Source: a virus (taxonomy: Duplodnaviria; Caudoviricetes). From it: a DNA stretch of 39,998 bases. A program made the position numbers and the translations under genes. Positions within the stretch are counted from its first letter, which is position 1; each line of letters starts with the position of its first letter. The notes under the pieces are model-generated. The model was not told the DNA's origin, searched no databases, and was given only the letters and a program-made list of their open reading frames with translations. This document shows, one piece after another, positions 31,883-39,998 of the stretch. Location: IMG/VR virus record IMGVR_UViG_3300007734_000679, positions 1 through 39,998 of that record. One strand, 5' to 3'.

Positions 31883-34594
31883 ATGGCGAGTACCCGCGAC
31901 TACCATCGTTCGTTTTCAGGCGGCGAGATTTCGCCGAACATGTACGGGCGCATCGACGACAACCGCTATTCAACTGGCGCTGCTTACCTGCGGAACTTTA
32001 TTGCGCTACCGCAAGGCCCTGCGCAGAATCGAACAGGCACTGTCTTCGTACGAGAAACAAAGGGATCGGTACGCGCGCGCCTGATCCCGTTCACGTACTC
32101 GATGAGTCAGACGATGGTCATCGAACTTGGCGTGAACTACATTCGGTTCCACACAAGCGCGTTGACGCTGCTGAACACGGGCGCCGCAACGATCACGCTT
32201 GGCGTAACCAACTGTGTTGTCGGAAGCATGTACAAGTTTGGATTAACCACCTACTACTGCAAGACAACTCTTACGCCTGTAGTGACAGACCCGAGCACTG
32301 ACCCAACAAATTGGTATCCGCAAAGCAGCACGGTCTTTGAGATCCCAACTACATACACCGATAGCGAACTGTTTGACGTTCACTATGTGCAGAGCGGAGA
32401 CATCATCACGCTCGTGCACCCCGCTCACAAGCCTGCTGAATTGCGACGGTATTCATCCAGTCGTTGGGCGTTTACCGACGTGTCGTTTTTAGCATCAGTT
32501 AACCCGCCTGCAACAGTGGCGATTGCTGCAACTCGCGGCGAGCAGTTAACAATTCTTGGTCTTACCACTGCTACTCCCGCAGTGTTTACTTTCCCAACAG
32601 GTACGACGCATCAGTTTGCTCTTGGCGACAGCGTGTACGTCAGTGGATGTGCAGCAAGTGCTGGTGCGGCGTTTACTGATGGTTTCTATGTCGTCAATTC
32701 CATACCTACTGCGGGCGTCAACCTTACTTTAAAGACATACGACGCAGGAACGCAAATTGCTTACACGGGAACATACACCGCAAGCAGCGGCAGAATGCAG
32801 TTCGGAAGCCGTATCTCCGACATCGACAACTACTACGTTGTCACATCGGTATCAACAGGCGGTACGGAGAGCGCAGCAAGTACCGCGGTTCACATCATCA
32901 ACAACCTGTACATCAACGGCGCGTACAACACAATTAGTTGGACAACGACAAGCGCGCAACGCTACAACGTCTACAAGCGGCAAAGCGGTTTGTACGGGTA
33001 CATCGGTCAGACCGATGGACTTTCGTTTACTGACAACAACATTGCGCCCGACATGGGAATCACGCCGCCGATCTACGACACGGTGTTTAGTTCCACGGGG
33101 AACTATCCTGGGGCTGTTTCGTACTACGAGCAGCGCCGCGTGTTTGCAGGCACAGACAACGATCCGCAATATCTGTGGCTGACTCGGTCGGGAACTGAGT
33201 CGGACATGTCGTACTCGATCCCAACGACGGACATTGATCGCGTAGCGATTCGTGTGTCGGCTCGCGAATCAAACACGATTCGGCACGTTGTGCCGCTGAC
33301 GCAGTTGTTGCTGCTGACAAACGCTGCGGAGTGGCGCGTAAGCCCATCGAGCAGCGACGTCATTACGCCATCAACTATCTCGGTTCGACCTCAGTCGTAC
33401 GTCGGAGCAAACACGGTTCAACCTCAGATCGTGAACAACACCGTTGTTTACTGTTCATCCCGCGGCGGGCACGTGCGCGAACTTGGATATTCGTGGCAAT
33501 CACAAGGTTTCATCACAGGCGACCTATCGCTTCGTGCGGCGCATCTCTTCGACAACTTTGACATTGTGGACATGTGCTTTGCCAAGAGCCCACAGCAGAT
33601 CCTGTGGTTCGTTTCAAACAACGGCAAGTTGCTTGGACTCTCGTATGTCCCTGAAGAGGAAATTGGCGCTTGGCATCAGCACGACACTGACGGGACGTTT
33701 GAATCGTGCTGCGCCGTCGCAGAGGGGTTTGAGGACGCGGTATACGTCGTAGTCCGTCGTAATGTCAACGGATCAAACGTTCGATACGTCGAGCGGTTTG
33801 GAAGCCGAGCAAACAGTATTAACAATTTGGTCTTTACTGACAGCAGCCTGAAGTACAACGGTTCGCTTGTAACTGGAACGATGACGTTAAGTGGTGGTAC
33901 GACGTGGGGGCCGAGCGACACGCTGACCCTGACCTGTAGCGTCTTTCCTACTTTCCTGTTTCCTGTAGCCACCGATTTGAACGACGCCATCGTCATTTCC
34001 GATGCGGCGGGCAATCAGTACCGATGCAGGATCATCGGAACCACATCGACGGCAGTTGCGCAAGTTAAGGTTGATGGGACAATTCCCGTTGCTCTTCGCA
34101 ACACCGCAACAAGTTTGTGGACGTTTGCTCGTGACACCTTCACTGGTCTGAATCACCTTGAAGGCAAGACGGTCAGCATCCTTGCGGACGGCGCTGTGGT
34201 TCCGCAGCAAGTTGTGGCGTTGGGAACTGTTTCGCTTCCGCGAGCGGCTTCGTACATCACGGTCGGACTCCCGTTTCAAAGTGACATCCAAACGCTCCCG
34301 CTCACGATGAACGTCGATGGATTCGGGCAAGGGCGCATGAAGAACATCAACAAGGCTTGGATCAAGGTCTTCAAGTCGTCAGGCATCTTCATCGGGCCCG
34401 ACGCTGATCACCTCGTTGAATACAAGCAACGAACCACAGAAACGTACGGCGTAGCGCCAAACCCGCAGAGCGACGAAGTGCTTGTAATGCTGACCCCGTC
34501 ATGGTCAAACGGCGGGCAAATCTACATCAGGCAGAACGATCCGCTTCCGCTCACCGTTGTCGGATTGACGCTAGAAGCCGCCATCGGCGGATGA
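31883..34594 (+). CDS. Tail nozzle (tail tubular protein B / Bbp13-like)
   Basis: SFSGGEISP..YGRID...NFI.LPQGP..NR.GT, QSGD...VHP, YPGAVSYYEQRRVFAG, AWHQHDT, GL.HLEG.TV..LADG, Q.DPLPLTV. Confidence 0.92.
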   Translation: MASTRDYHRSFSGGEISPNMYGRIDDNRYSTGAAYLRNFIALPQGPAQNRTGTVFVRETKGSVRARLIPFTYSMSQTMVIELGVNYIRFHTSALTLLNTGAATITLGVTNCVVGSMYKFGLTTYYCKTTLTPVVTDPSTDPTNWYPQSSTVFEIPTTYTDSELFDVHYVQSGDIITLVHPAHKPAELRRYSSSRWAFTDVSFLASVNPPATVAIAATRGEQLTILGLTTATPAVFTFPTGTTHQFALGDSVYVSGCAASAGAAFTDGFYVVNSIPTAGVNLTLKTYDAGTQIAYTGTYTASSGRMQFGSRISDIDNYYVVTSVSTGGTESAASTAVHIINNLYINGAYNTISWTTTSAQRYNVYKRQSGLYGYIGQTDGLSFTDNNIAPDMGITPPIYDTVFSSTGNYPGAVSYYEQRRVFAGTDNDPQYLWLTRSGTESDMSYSIPTTDIDRVAIRVSARESNTIRHVVPLTQLLLLTNAAEWRVSPSSSDVITPSTISVRPQSYVGANTVQPQIVNNTVVYCSSRGGHVRELGYSWQSQGFITGDLSLRAAHLFDNFDIVDMCFAKSPQQILWFVSNNGKLLGLSYVPEEEIGAWHQHDTDGTFESCCAVAEGFEDAVYVVVRRNVNGSNVRYVERFGSRANSINNLVFTDSSLKYNGSLVTGTMTLSGGTTWGPSDTLTLTCSVFPTFLFPVATDLNDAIVISDAAGNQYRCRIIGTTSTAVAQVKVDGTIPVALRNTATSLWTFARDTFTGLNHLEGKTVSILADGAVVPQQVVALGTVSLPRAASYITVGLPFQSDIQTLPLTMNVDGFGQGRMKNINKAWIKVFKSSGIFIGPDADHLVEYKQRTTETYGVAPNPQSDEVLVMLTPSWSNGGQIYIRQNDPLPLTVVGLTLEAAIGG

Positions 34595-34602
34595 GGTAAA
34601 CA

Positions 34603-35259
34603 ATGCCAAGCGACATCCCTTACTTTCTTGCTAGCACGCCAACTCCGCCATCACCAATGGCGCCAAACACTTCCGCAGCCGATTTCAAATCGATGGCAAT
34701 GGGAGGGCTTCTCATTGGCATCTTTGGCGCAGCGACTTCCGCGGTTGGTTCGTTCTACCAAGCAGAGAATCAAAAGAGCGAATTGCGAGCACAAGCGCAG
34801 AACCTAAAGTTCTCGGCGCAGATGTCGGCAATCAACGCGCGAGGCGCTGAGTTCTCCGCTCAGACAAGCAGGCAGGCTTCGCAGAAGGCAATTGGTCGAT
34901 ACACGATGGCAGCGGGGCAGGCTCGCGCTTCGGCGCAGACGGCAATTGCAGGCAGGGGAATTGAGGGCGGAGTTGGTTCTGCCGCCGAGGTAATCGGCAG
35001 CATGGACATCATCAAAGAAATCGACAAACTCACGATGGACGCCAATGCGGTTCGTGAGGAGCAGGCGCTTCGTACGCAAAGGACGAACTACGCAAACCAA
35101 TCAACAATGGAGTTCATGTCGTCGCGAAACATGAGCGCAAGCGCAAGGTCACTCAGTGCAACTTCCGCAGGGGCATCAAGCCTTCTCGGAGGAACCGCTG
35201 ATCTCGGATCTTGGTATCTCAAGACCATGATGTCAGAACGCCTTTCAAGGCGCGCATAA
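34603..35259 (+). CDS. Internal virion (ejection) protein, T7 gp14-like position
   Basis: Hydrophobic G/A-rich N-terminal segment, coiled coil, Q.A.AG.G...GVGSAAEV motif. Confidence 0.78.
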   Translation: MPSDIPYFLASTPTPPSPMAPNTSAADFKSMAMGGLLIGIFGAATSAVGSFYQAENQKSELRAQAQNLKFSAQMSAINARGAEFSAQTSRQASQKAIGRYTMAAGQARASAQTAIAGRGIEGGVGSAAEVIGSMDIIKEIDKLTMDANAVREEQALRTQRTNYANQSTMEFMSSRNMSASARSLSATSAGASSLLGGTADLGSWYLKTMMSERLSRRA

Positions 35260-35268
35260 GGCTCAACC

Positions 35269-37029
35269 ATGCCAACCGTACCATCGTCGTTTGTCCCGCA
35301 AATTGCAACTGAAGCAGGCGCAGCGGCTCCGTATCAAGCGACGCCCGTTCAGCCGATCCAAGACTTTGGCGCTCGTCAAACGGCGGCGCTTGGCAAGTCC
35401 ATTACGGATGTTGGCGGCGCCACTGCCAGCGTTGGTATGAAGTTGCTCAATGAGTTCGACGAAGCGAAATCGAAAGAGATTGAGACAAACTACCTCAAGG
35501 CGTCTATGTCGATCTTGCAGGGCAAGAACGGATACTTTGCGACCAACGGCAAAGACGCAGCAGATAGGTACGAACAAACGATCAGTCAATTGAACGAGGC
35601 TGCTAGTTCAGCCATTGGCGCTGCGGACAACGACACGCAAAGACAGATGATTCAAAACGCAGTCGTCCGTCATAACCTGAACAACACCGCGACTGCGGAC
35701 AATCATCGAACCAAAGAGATCACCGTCTACGCTTCAAACGAGGCAAAGACGCGAGCAAGCAACTTTGCCGACCTTGCGGTTGGCGCATGGGAAAGCCGAT
35801 ACGAAGCCGACGATGAAACGGGACGGCCAAAGGGACTCTTCCACGAGAACATGATTGTTGCTCTTGATGAAGTTCACACGTTTGGTCGGTTAAACGGTAT
35901 TGCTGAAGACTCCGCGCAAATGAAGGCTCTTGAGCAGTCAGTATGGACGCAAGCGTCTGTTGGCGTTGCGGAGAAATTGGCTTTAGACAAGGACTATTCA
36001 TCCGCAATCCAGTTTGTGAAAGAGCAAAAAGAACTTGATCACATTTCTTCTAAGGTGTCAGACGAGTTGCTCAGGGGCTTGGCGGCTGACCAAATGCGCG
36101 TAGAAGTCGAAACATACACCGAGCAAATTATGAACGGCTCGTTGGGTCGCACGGGCGATGAGTTTCCTGAGCCACGAACAAAGCGCCAAGCCTTTTTATG
36201 GGCTGATGACAACATCACTGATCCCGACATGAGAAGGTTTGTCAAGCAGCGCATGGGTCAAGAGTATGCGCAGATGGCAGAGTTTCAGTTTGAGGCATAT
36301 CGCGAGTTACGCGACCGCGTAGAAGATGTTGTGGCAGACCCAAAAAAGTCTTTCAACGACATTGATCCAAAAGACTTTGCACTACTTAGACCAAGCGATC
36401 AAGAGTTTTTTATGCGTGGTCAACGTGCCAAAGATGATGAAAACATCATGTGGGAGATTGCACGTGATCCATCAAAACTTACTCCCGAGTATTTGGAAAA
36501 CCATCGAAATCAGATTTCGCGCGGAACCTACGTGTCGTTGCGAAAGGCGCTTAAAGATGATCCAACTAATGGCGTTCCAACGATGGATGCGGATCATTTC
36601 AACAGAATCTTGACGGACGGCGGATACGGTTACTGGCTAGACGAGAAAGCAAGAGATGCTGACAAACAAAATCTTCTCAGGATGAAAGACAACATCAAGA
36701 TAGAAATTGATGGGCTGCAAACGCGTTTGGGTAGAGATCTTTCTTGGCAAGAAAAAGACGCAATCTTTCAGCGAAGAGTCAACAACCAAATTAGTCTGAA
36801 CGACAATTGGTGGTGGGGTTCTTCTCCTACAAAGACGCCGTTTTCCGCCGCAACTGCAACTCAAATGCTTAATGCGTATGAACTAGATGCGAACGATAAG
36901 AAGGTTTTTCTTATTGACCCTATGGAACAAGCACAAGCGCGAACTGAACTTCGTGGCGTTCTTGGCCGACAACCAAGAGATCAAGAAGTTGTTGATTATC
37001 TGAATCGACGAGGAATACTCTATCCATGA
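35269..37029 (+). CDS. Internal virion (ejection) protein, T7 gp15-like position
   Basis: MPTVP N-terminus, GY....GKDA motif, all-helical; between the gp14-like gene and the giant protein. Confidence 0.78.
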   Translation: MPTVPSSFVPQIATEAGAAAPYQATPVQPIQDFGARQTAALGKSITDVGGATASVGMKLLNEFDEAKSKEIETNYLKASMSILQGKNGYFATNGKDAADRYEQTISQLNEAASSAIGAADNDTQRQMIQNAVVRHNLNNTATADNHRTKEITVYASNEAKTRASNFADLAVGAWESRYEADDETGRPKGLFHENMIVALDEVHTFGRLNGIAEDSAQMKALEQSVWTQASVGVAEKLALDKDYSSAIQFVKEQKELDHISSKVSDELLRGLAADQMRVEVETYTEQIMNGSLGRTGDEFPEPRTKRQAFLWADDNITDPDMRRFVKQRMGQEYAQMAEFQFEAYRELRDRVEDVVADPKKSFNDIDPKDFALLRPSDQEFFMRGQRAKDDENIMWEIARDPSKLTPEYLENHRNQISRGTYVSLRKALKDDPTNGVPTMDADHFNRILTDGGYGYWLDEKARDADKQNLLRMKDNIKIEIDGLQTRLGRDLSWQEKDAIFQRRVNNQISLNDNWWWGSSPTKTPFSAATATQMLNAYELDANDKKVFLIDPMEQAQARTELRGVLGRQPRDQEVVDYLNRRGILYP

Positions 37030-39998
37030 CTCCCATTGCTTTCCAAACTGATCTTGATGCACAGAATCGAACTATTGGTTCTGATGTAAACCGCAACGGG
37101 ATGCCCGAGGTAACGGAAGCAATCTTGCCAACGCGCATTGTTGTTGATTTAAAAGCAAACACGGCAAAGATGTATCGCGGCACAAACAAGTTGGAACCTG
37201 ATAGCAGGTTCCAATTGGAACCTGCTCCACCAACACCGCTTGAACAACCAATTGCAATTGCGCCGCTTGAACAGCCCATTGCAATTGCGTCACCACAAAC
37301 GGTTGGTGTTCCGTCTGCAACAGACACAATCAAAGAAATGTTGGACAGTCGGCGAAATGCTATTTACCACGCAGCCATGCGATCGTCGGGAGGAAACCCT
37401 GACGCTGACGCAAAGACTTTGCAGGCAGCGCGCGATTCAGGTACGAGTTACGACTTTGTTCTTCAGAACATGGAACAAACGCAGCGTCGGCTTTTTGGTC
37501 GTGAAGTTGCCAAGTTGGATCTTCCAAAGAATGCGCCTGTACTTGCCGAAAAGTTAGCCACCGACCCTGACTTTGCGCGCATAGCAACCGACGATCTTGC
37601 CAACCTGAAAGAACAAGAAGGATGGTGGAGTTGGTTTGGGCATCAAGTTACGGGAATTCCAAATGCTGTCATGCATGGCTTTGCGGCTTACGAGCACGCA
37701 GAATCGGGTGCTACGCAAGTTCTTGGGCCGCCAGTGCTGCATTCCACAATGTGGCCGATGGTTGACGCTGAAACGTTTTTAAATAGGCAAGAGCAGTTAA
37801 ATGCACACGACCTAACGTTTGACCCTGAGCGCGAAGGCGGTTGGCTTCCATTTTGGAACATGCTTGGCATGACGGGAGAATCATTTTTCAGAGCAGTTCC
37901 TGCTGCGGGCGGTGGCGCCATTGTCGGAGGGCTCACAGGTGGGCTTGCGGGCACAGCGCCTGTGCCGTGGGCTCCAGTGACAGGCCCAGTGGGGATGCTT
38001 GCGGGCGCACGAGTTGGTGCGCAAGTAGGGTTAACTGGAGCAGTAGTTGAAGACAATTTTCGACAAATGATGGGCATGATCTATAACCGTGCAATTGATG
38101 AGGGGGCAAATCCTGAGGTTGCACGTTGGAAAGCGGCATCATGGGGTTTGACTATTGGCGGAATCAGCCTTGGATTGATGAAGACGCTGTACCCAAAACT
38201 GTTTGCTTCGTTTCTTGAAACAAAAGCAACACAAGAGATGGCTGCAAAAGAATTGGCTCAACGAATTGCAAAGGAATCATTGACGCCAACAATGAGCGCA
38301 GCAGTAAAACGCATTACTGCGCAGACCGCGAAGCAGACAGCAAATACTCTTGCTCATATTAGCGGAGTGGTGATTGGGATTGAAATGGCTAATGAGGACA
38401 CGCGACGGGCATCCAATATGCCCATGCGAATTGAATCACCTGAAGGAAGGGAAGAACTCTTTAACAGTGTTGTGCAAAACTGGAAGTTTATGGCAATTGG
38501 ATCTGTTGGCATGCAAGTGCTGATGCCATCAGCGCACAACCCAATTATGTCGTTGGCGCGTGAGCGAACTAGGATTCGTATTTCTGAAAAGCAAGCAGAG
38601 AGATTTGAGGCGTTAAGCATTCTTCAAAAGGCTTCTCAACTAGCCTTGCGTTCTCCCGAAGATGCGCAGTCATTGATGGAAGGCACTCTGACAGGCACTC
38701 CTGTTGAAGACATCCTGATCAGCAAAGAGGGGATTCAACGAGCGATGGCAACGCTCAAAATCCCGATGGCAAACCTTGATGAAGTGATTCCTGGGGGATT
38801 GGCTCAATTCAACGACGTCGCAAGCGGAACGGCGGAAAGCGGCGGCTACATCAAGGTCAAGACCGCTGATTTCAAGGCGCGCATTGAGAAGACTCCGCTT
38901 GGCAGTCTTCTTCTAGGAGATGTGACTTGGTCGTCTGAAATTGGAACGTTGAGAGAATCGGCAGCGCGCAGTGCGTTCCTTAAGACTTTCATTTCCGAGA
39001 TCAACGAGAACGTAGAAAAGTTTGCCGATGAGGTAAATGAGGCAATTAACAAGGACGACGCGCACAGGGAAAGCGCGGAAAAAGTTGCCAATGTGATCGA
39101 AGCGCAACTGATTGGTGAAGGCCGAACCGCGGAGCAGGCGCGTACTGAAAGCCGTTTTTTGGGAGCGATTGCGTTTGCGGGCGCCGCGCGAGAATCAGAA
39201 GGCAAGGCAACACGGATGACTCCCGAGGAGTTCCATCGGAAGTACCCAATCCACATTGCCGAGCCCGAATCCGAGAAGCCTTCCGAGCCCGCGCGCGAAG
39301 TCGCTGCGCCAACGGAAACGGCAGCGCAAGTCAAACCAGTTGTGCCAACAACCGTTGATCCTACGTCGCGACCTCGCACTGTCGCGGAAATGTTGGTGGA
39401 GAACCGCCGCGCGGAAGAAGCGCAAGCGAACGAGCCCGTTGGTCAAATGTCGCGCCAAGGCAATGATGCCGTTGTTGAAGCGATTGCAAACCTGCGCGAG
39501 GCAAATGAAGCGCACAAGGGGTTTGCTAAAGACGAGGGCTCTACGGCAAAGACTGCTTCCATGCACGAAATGATGAGCGATCAAATCGATGCTGTTGAGC
39601 GTGAAGTCAAAGCGGGCGACGCGGTTGGTCTTGAAATTGAAATTGCAATCTTGCAGGAAATGCTCGGCGCAAGCAATATTCGCGAAGCGCGCAACGCCGT
39701 CAAGCAACCTGGAATTGCAAAGCAACTTGCCACTACTGCGCAGCGCCTGATCGACACCGCACGCGGTGAACTGGATCGAATAATTGAAAGCACGCCAAAG
39801 ACGGGCGAGGAAGACACGCTGAATCAACCATTGACAACAATGGTGCCATCTACAAAGAACGTCGTTCTTGACCCAACCATTGTTCGCAATCCATCCTTTG
39901 AAGAGGCTGTGAAGCCCGACGAAAAAACAAGGGTGGCGTTGGAAAAGAACGTTCTTCTGTTCGACACTAAGGAGTTTACGTCTACTAAGTCTGACGGA
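37026..39998 (+). CDS. 5' part of the giant internal virion protein (continues into 128-7876)
   Basis: ATGA overlap with the previous stop; MTPIAFQTDLDAQNRTIG... reads open, and the frame is absent from the ORF track, consistent with no stop before the window end; same frame as 38..7876 across the overlap. Confidence 0.85.
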   Translation, partial: MTPIAFQTDLDAQNRTIGSDVNRNGMPEVTEAILPTRIVVDLKANTAKMYRGTNKLEPDSRFQLEPAPPTPLEQPIAIAPLEQPIAIASPQTVGVPSATDTIKEMLDSRRNAIYHAAMRSSGGNPDADAKTLQAARDSGTSYDFVLQNMEQTQRRLFGREVAKLDLPKNAPVLAEKLATDPDFARIATDDLANLKEQEGWWSWFGHQVTGIPNAVMHGFAAYEHAESGATQVLGPPVLHSTMWPMVDAETFLNRQEQLNAHDLTFDPEREGGWLPFWNMLGMTGESFFRAVPAAGGGAIVGGLTGGLAGTAPVPWAPVTGPVGMLAGARVGAQVGLTGAVVEDNFRQMMGMIYNRAIDEGANPEVARWKAASWGLTIGGISLGLMKTLYPKLFASFLETKATQEMAAKELAQRIAKESLTPTMSAAVKRITAQTAKQTANTLAHISGVVIGIEMANEDTRRASNMPMRIESPEGREELFNSVVQNWKFMAIGSVGMQVLMPSAHNPIMSLARERTRIRISEKQAERFEALSILQKASQLALRSPEDAQSLMEGTLTGTPVEDILISKEGIQRAMATLKIPMANLDEVIPGGLAQFNDVASGTAESGGYIKVKTADFKARIEKTPLGSLLLGDVTWSSEIGTLRESAARSAFLKTFISEINENVEKFADEVNEAINKDDAHRESAEKVANVIEAQLIGEGRTAEQARTESRFLGAIAFAGAARESEGKATRMTPEEFHRKYPIHIAEPESEKPSEPAREVAAPTETAAQVKPVVPTTVDPTSRPRTVAEMLVENRRAEEAQANEPVGQMSRQGNDAVVEAIANLREANEAHKGFAKDEGSTAKTASMHEMMSDQIDAVEREVKAGDAVGLEIEIAILQEMLGASNIREARNAVKQPGIAKQLATTAQRLIDTARGELDRIIESTPKTGEEDTLNQPLTTMVPSTKNVVLDPTIVRNPSFEEAVKPDEKTRVALEKNVLLFDTKEFTSTKSDG
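37236..37289 (+). repeat. 27-bp near-perfect tandem duplication (PLEQPIAIA x2)
   Basis: CCGCTTGAACAACCAATTGCAATTGCG followed by CCGCTTGAACAGCCCATTGCAATTGCG. Confidence 0.8.
39872..39998. repeat. Terminal direct repeat copy 2 (assembly overlap)
   Basis: Identical to 1-127; lies inside a CDS; 127 is a common assembler k-mer size. Confidence 0.97.

Larger units (their letters stand above)
1..39998 (+). mobile_element. Complete bacteriophage genome (podovirus-like, BPP-1/epsilon15-type structural module), circularly permuted, 39,871 bp unique
   Basis: Full set of terminase, portal, capsid, tail and ejection genes; 127-bp exact end overlap; one ORF continues in frame across the junction; no host housekeeping genes. 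Confidence 0.95.

Noticed and set aside
39872-39998. Biological direct terminal repeat
   Set aside because: It is exactly 127 bp, lies mid-CDS and keeps the reading frame, which fits an assembler k-mer overlap rather than a physical end.

Overview
The window is a complete, circularly assembled dsDNA phage genome of 39,871 bp. Bases 39872-39998 repeat bases 1-127 exactly, which looks like an assembly overlap. All credible genes are on the + strand. The virion module is podovirus-like, in the BPP-1/epsilon15 style: terS, terL, portal, scaffold, major capsid, cement, adaptor, nozzle, ejection proteins, a ~3,570-aa polyvalent protein spanning the contig junction, and a tail fibre. Other modules are a holin/spanin-like block with no recognisable endolysin; a middle region with HTH proteins, a TAGT/GREB1-like glycosyltransferase, RusA, Bet and Gp157-like genes; and an array of early cassettes. 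I recognise no integrase, polymerase, primase, helicase or initiator. The two most interesting signals are non-coding. First, six promoter-leader units share a -35/-10 layout, a 5' hairpin whose stem sequence changes while staying paired, and an extended RBS (C)GGAGTAGA; five also have a palindromic spacer. The exact antisense of that RBS sits between the gp157-like stop codon and its terminator, suggesting an RNA-based early-gene shut-off circuit. Second, a promoter-driven, ~330-nt, highly base-paired RNA lies at 10.7-11.04 kb. All family assignments come from motif recognition by eye, not database searches.
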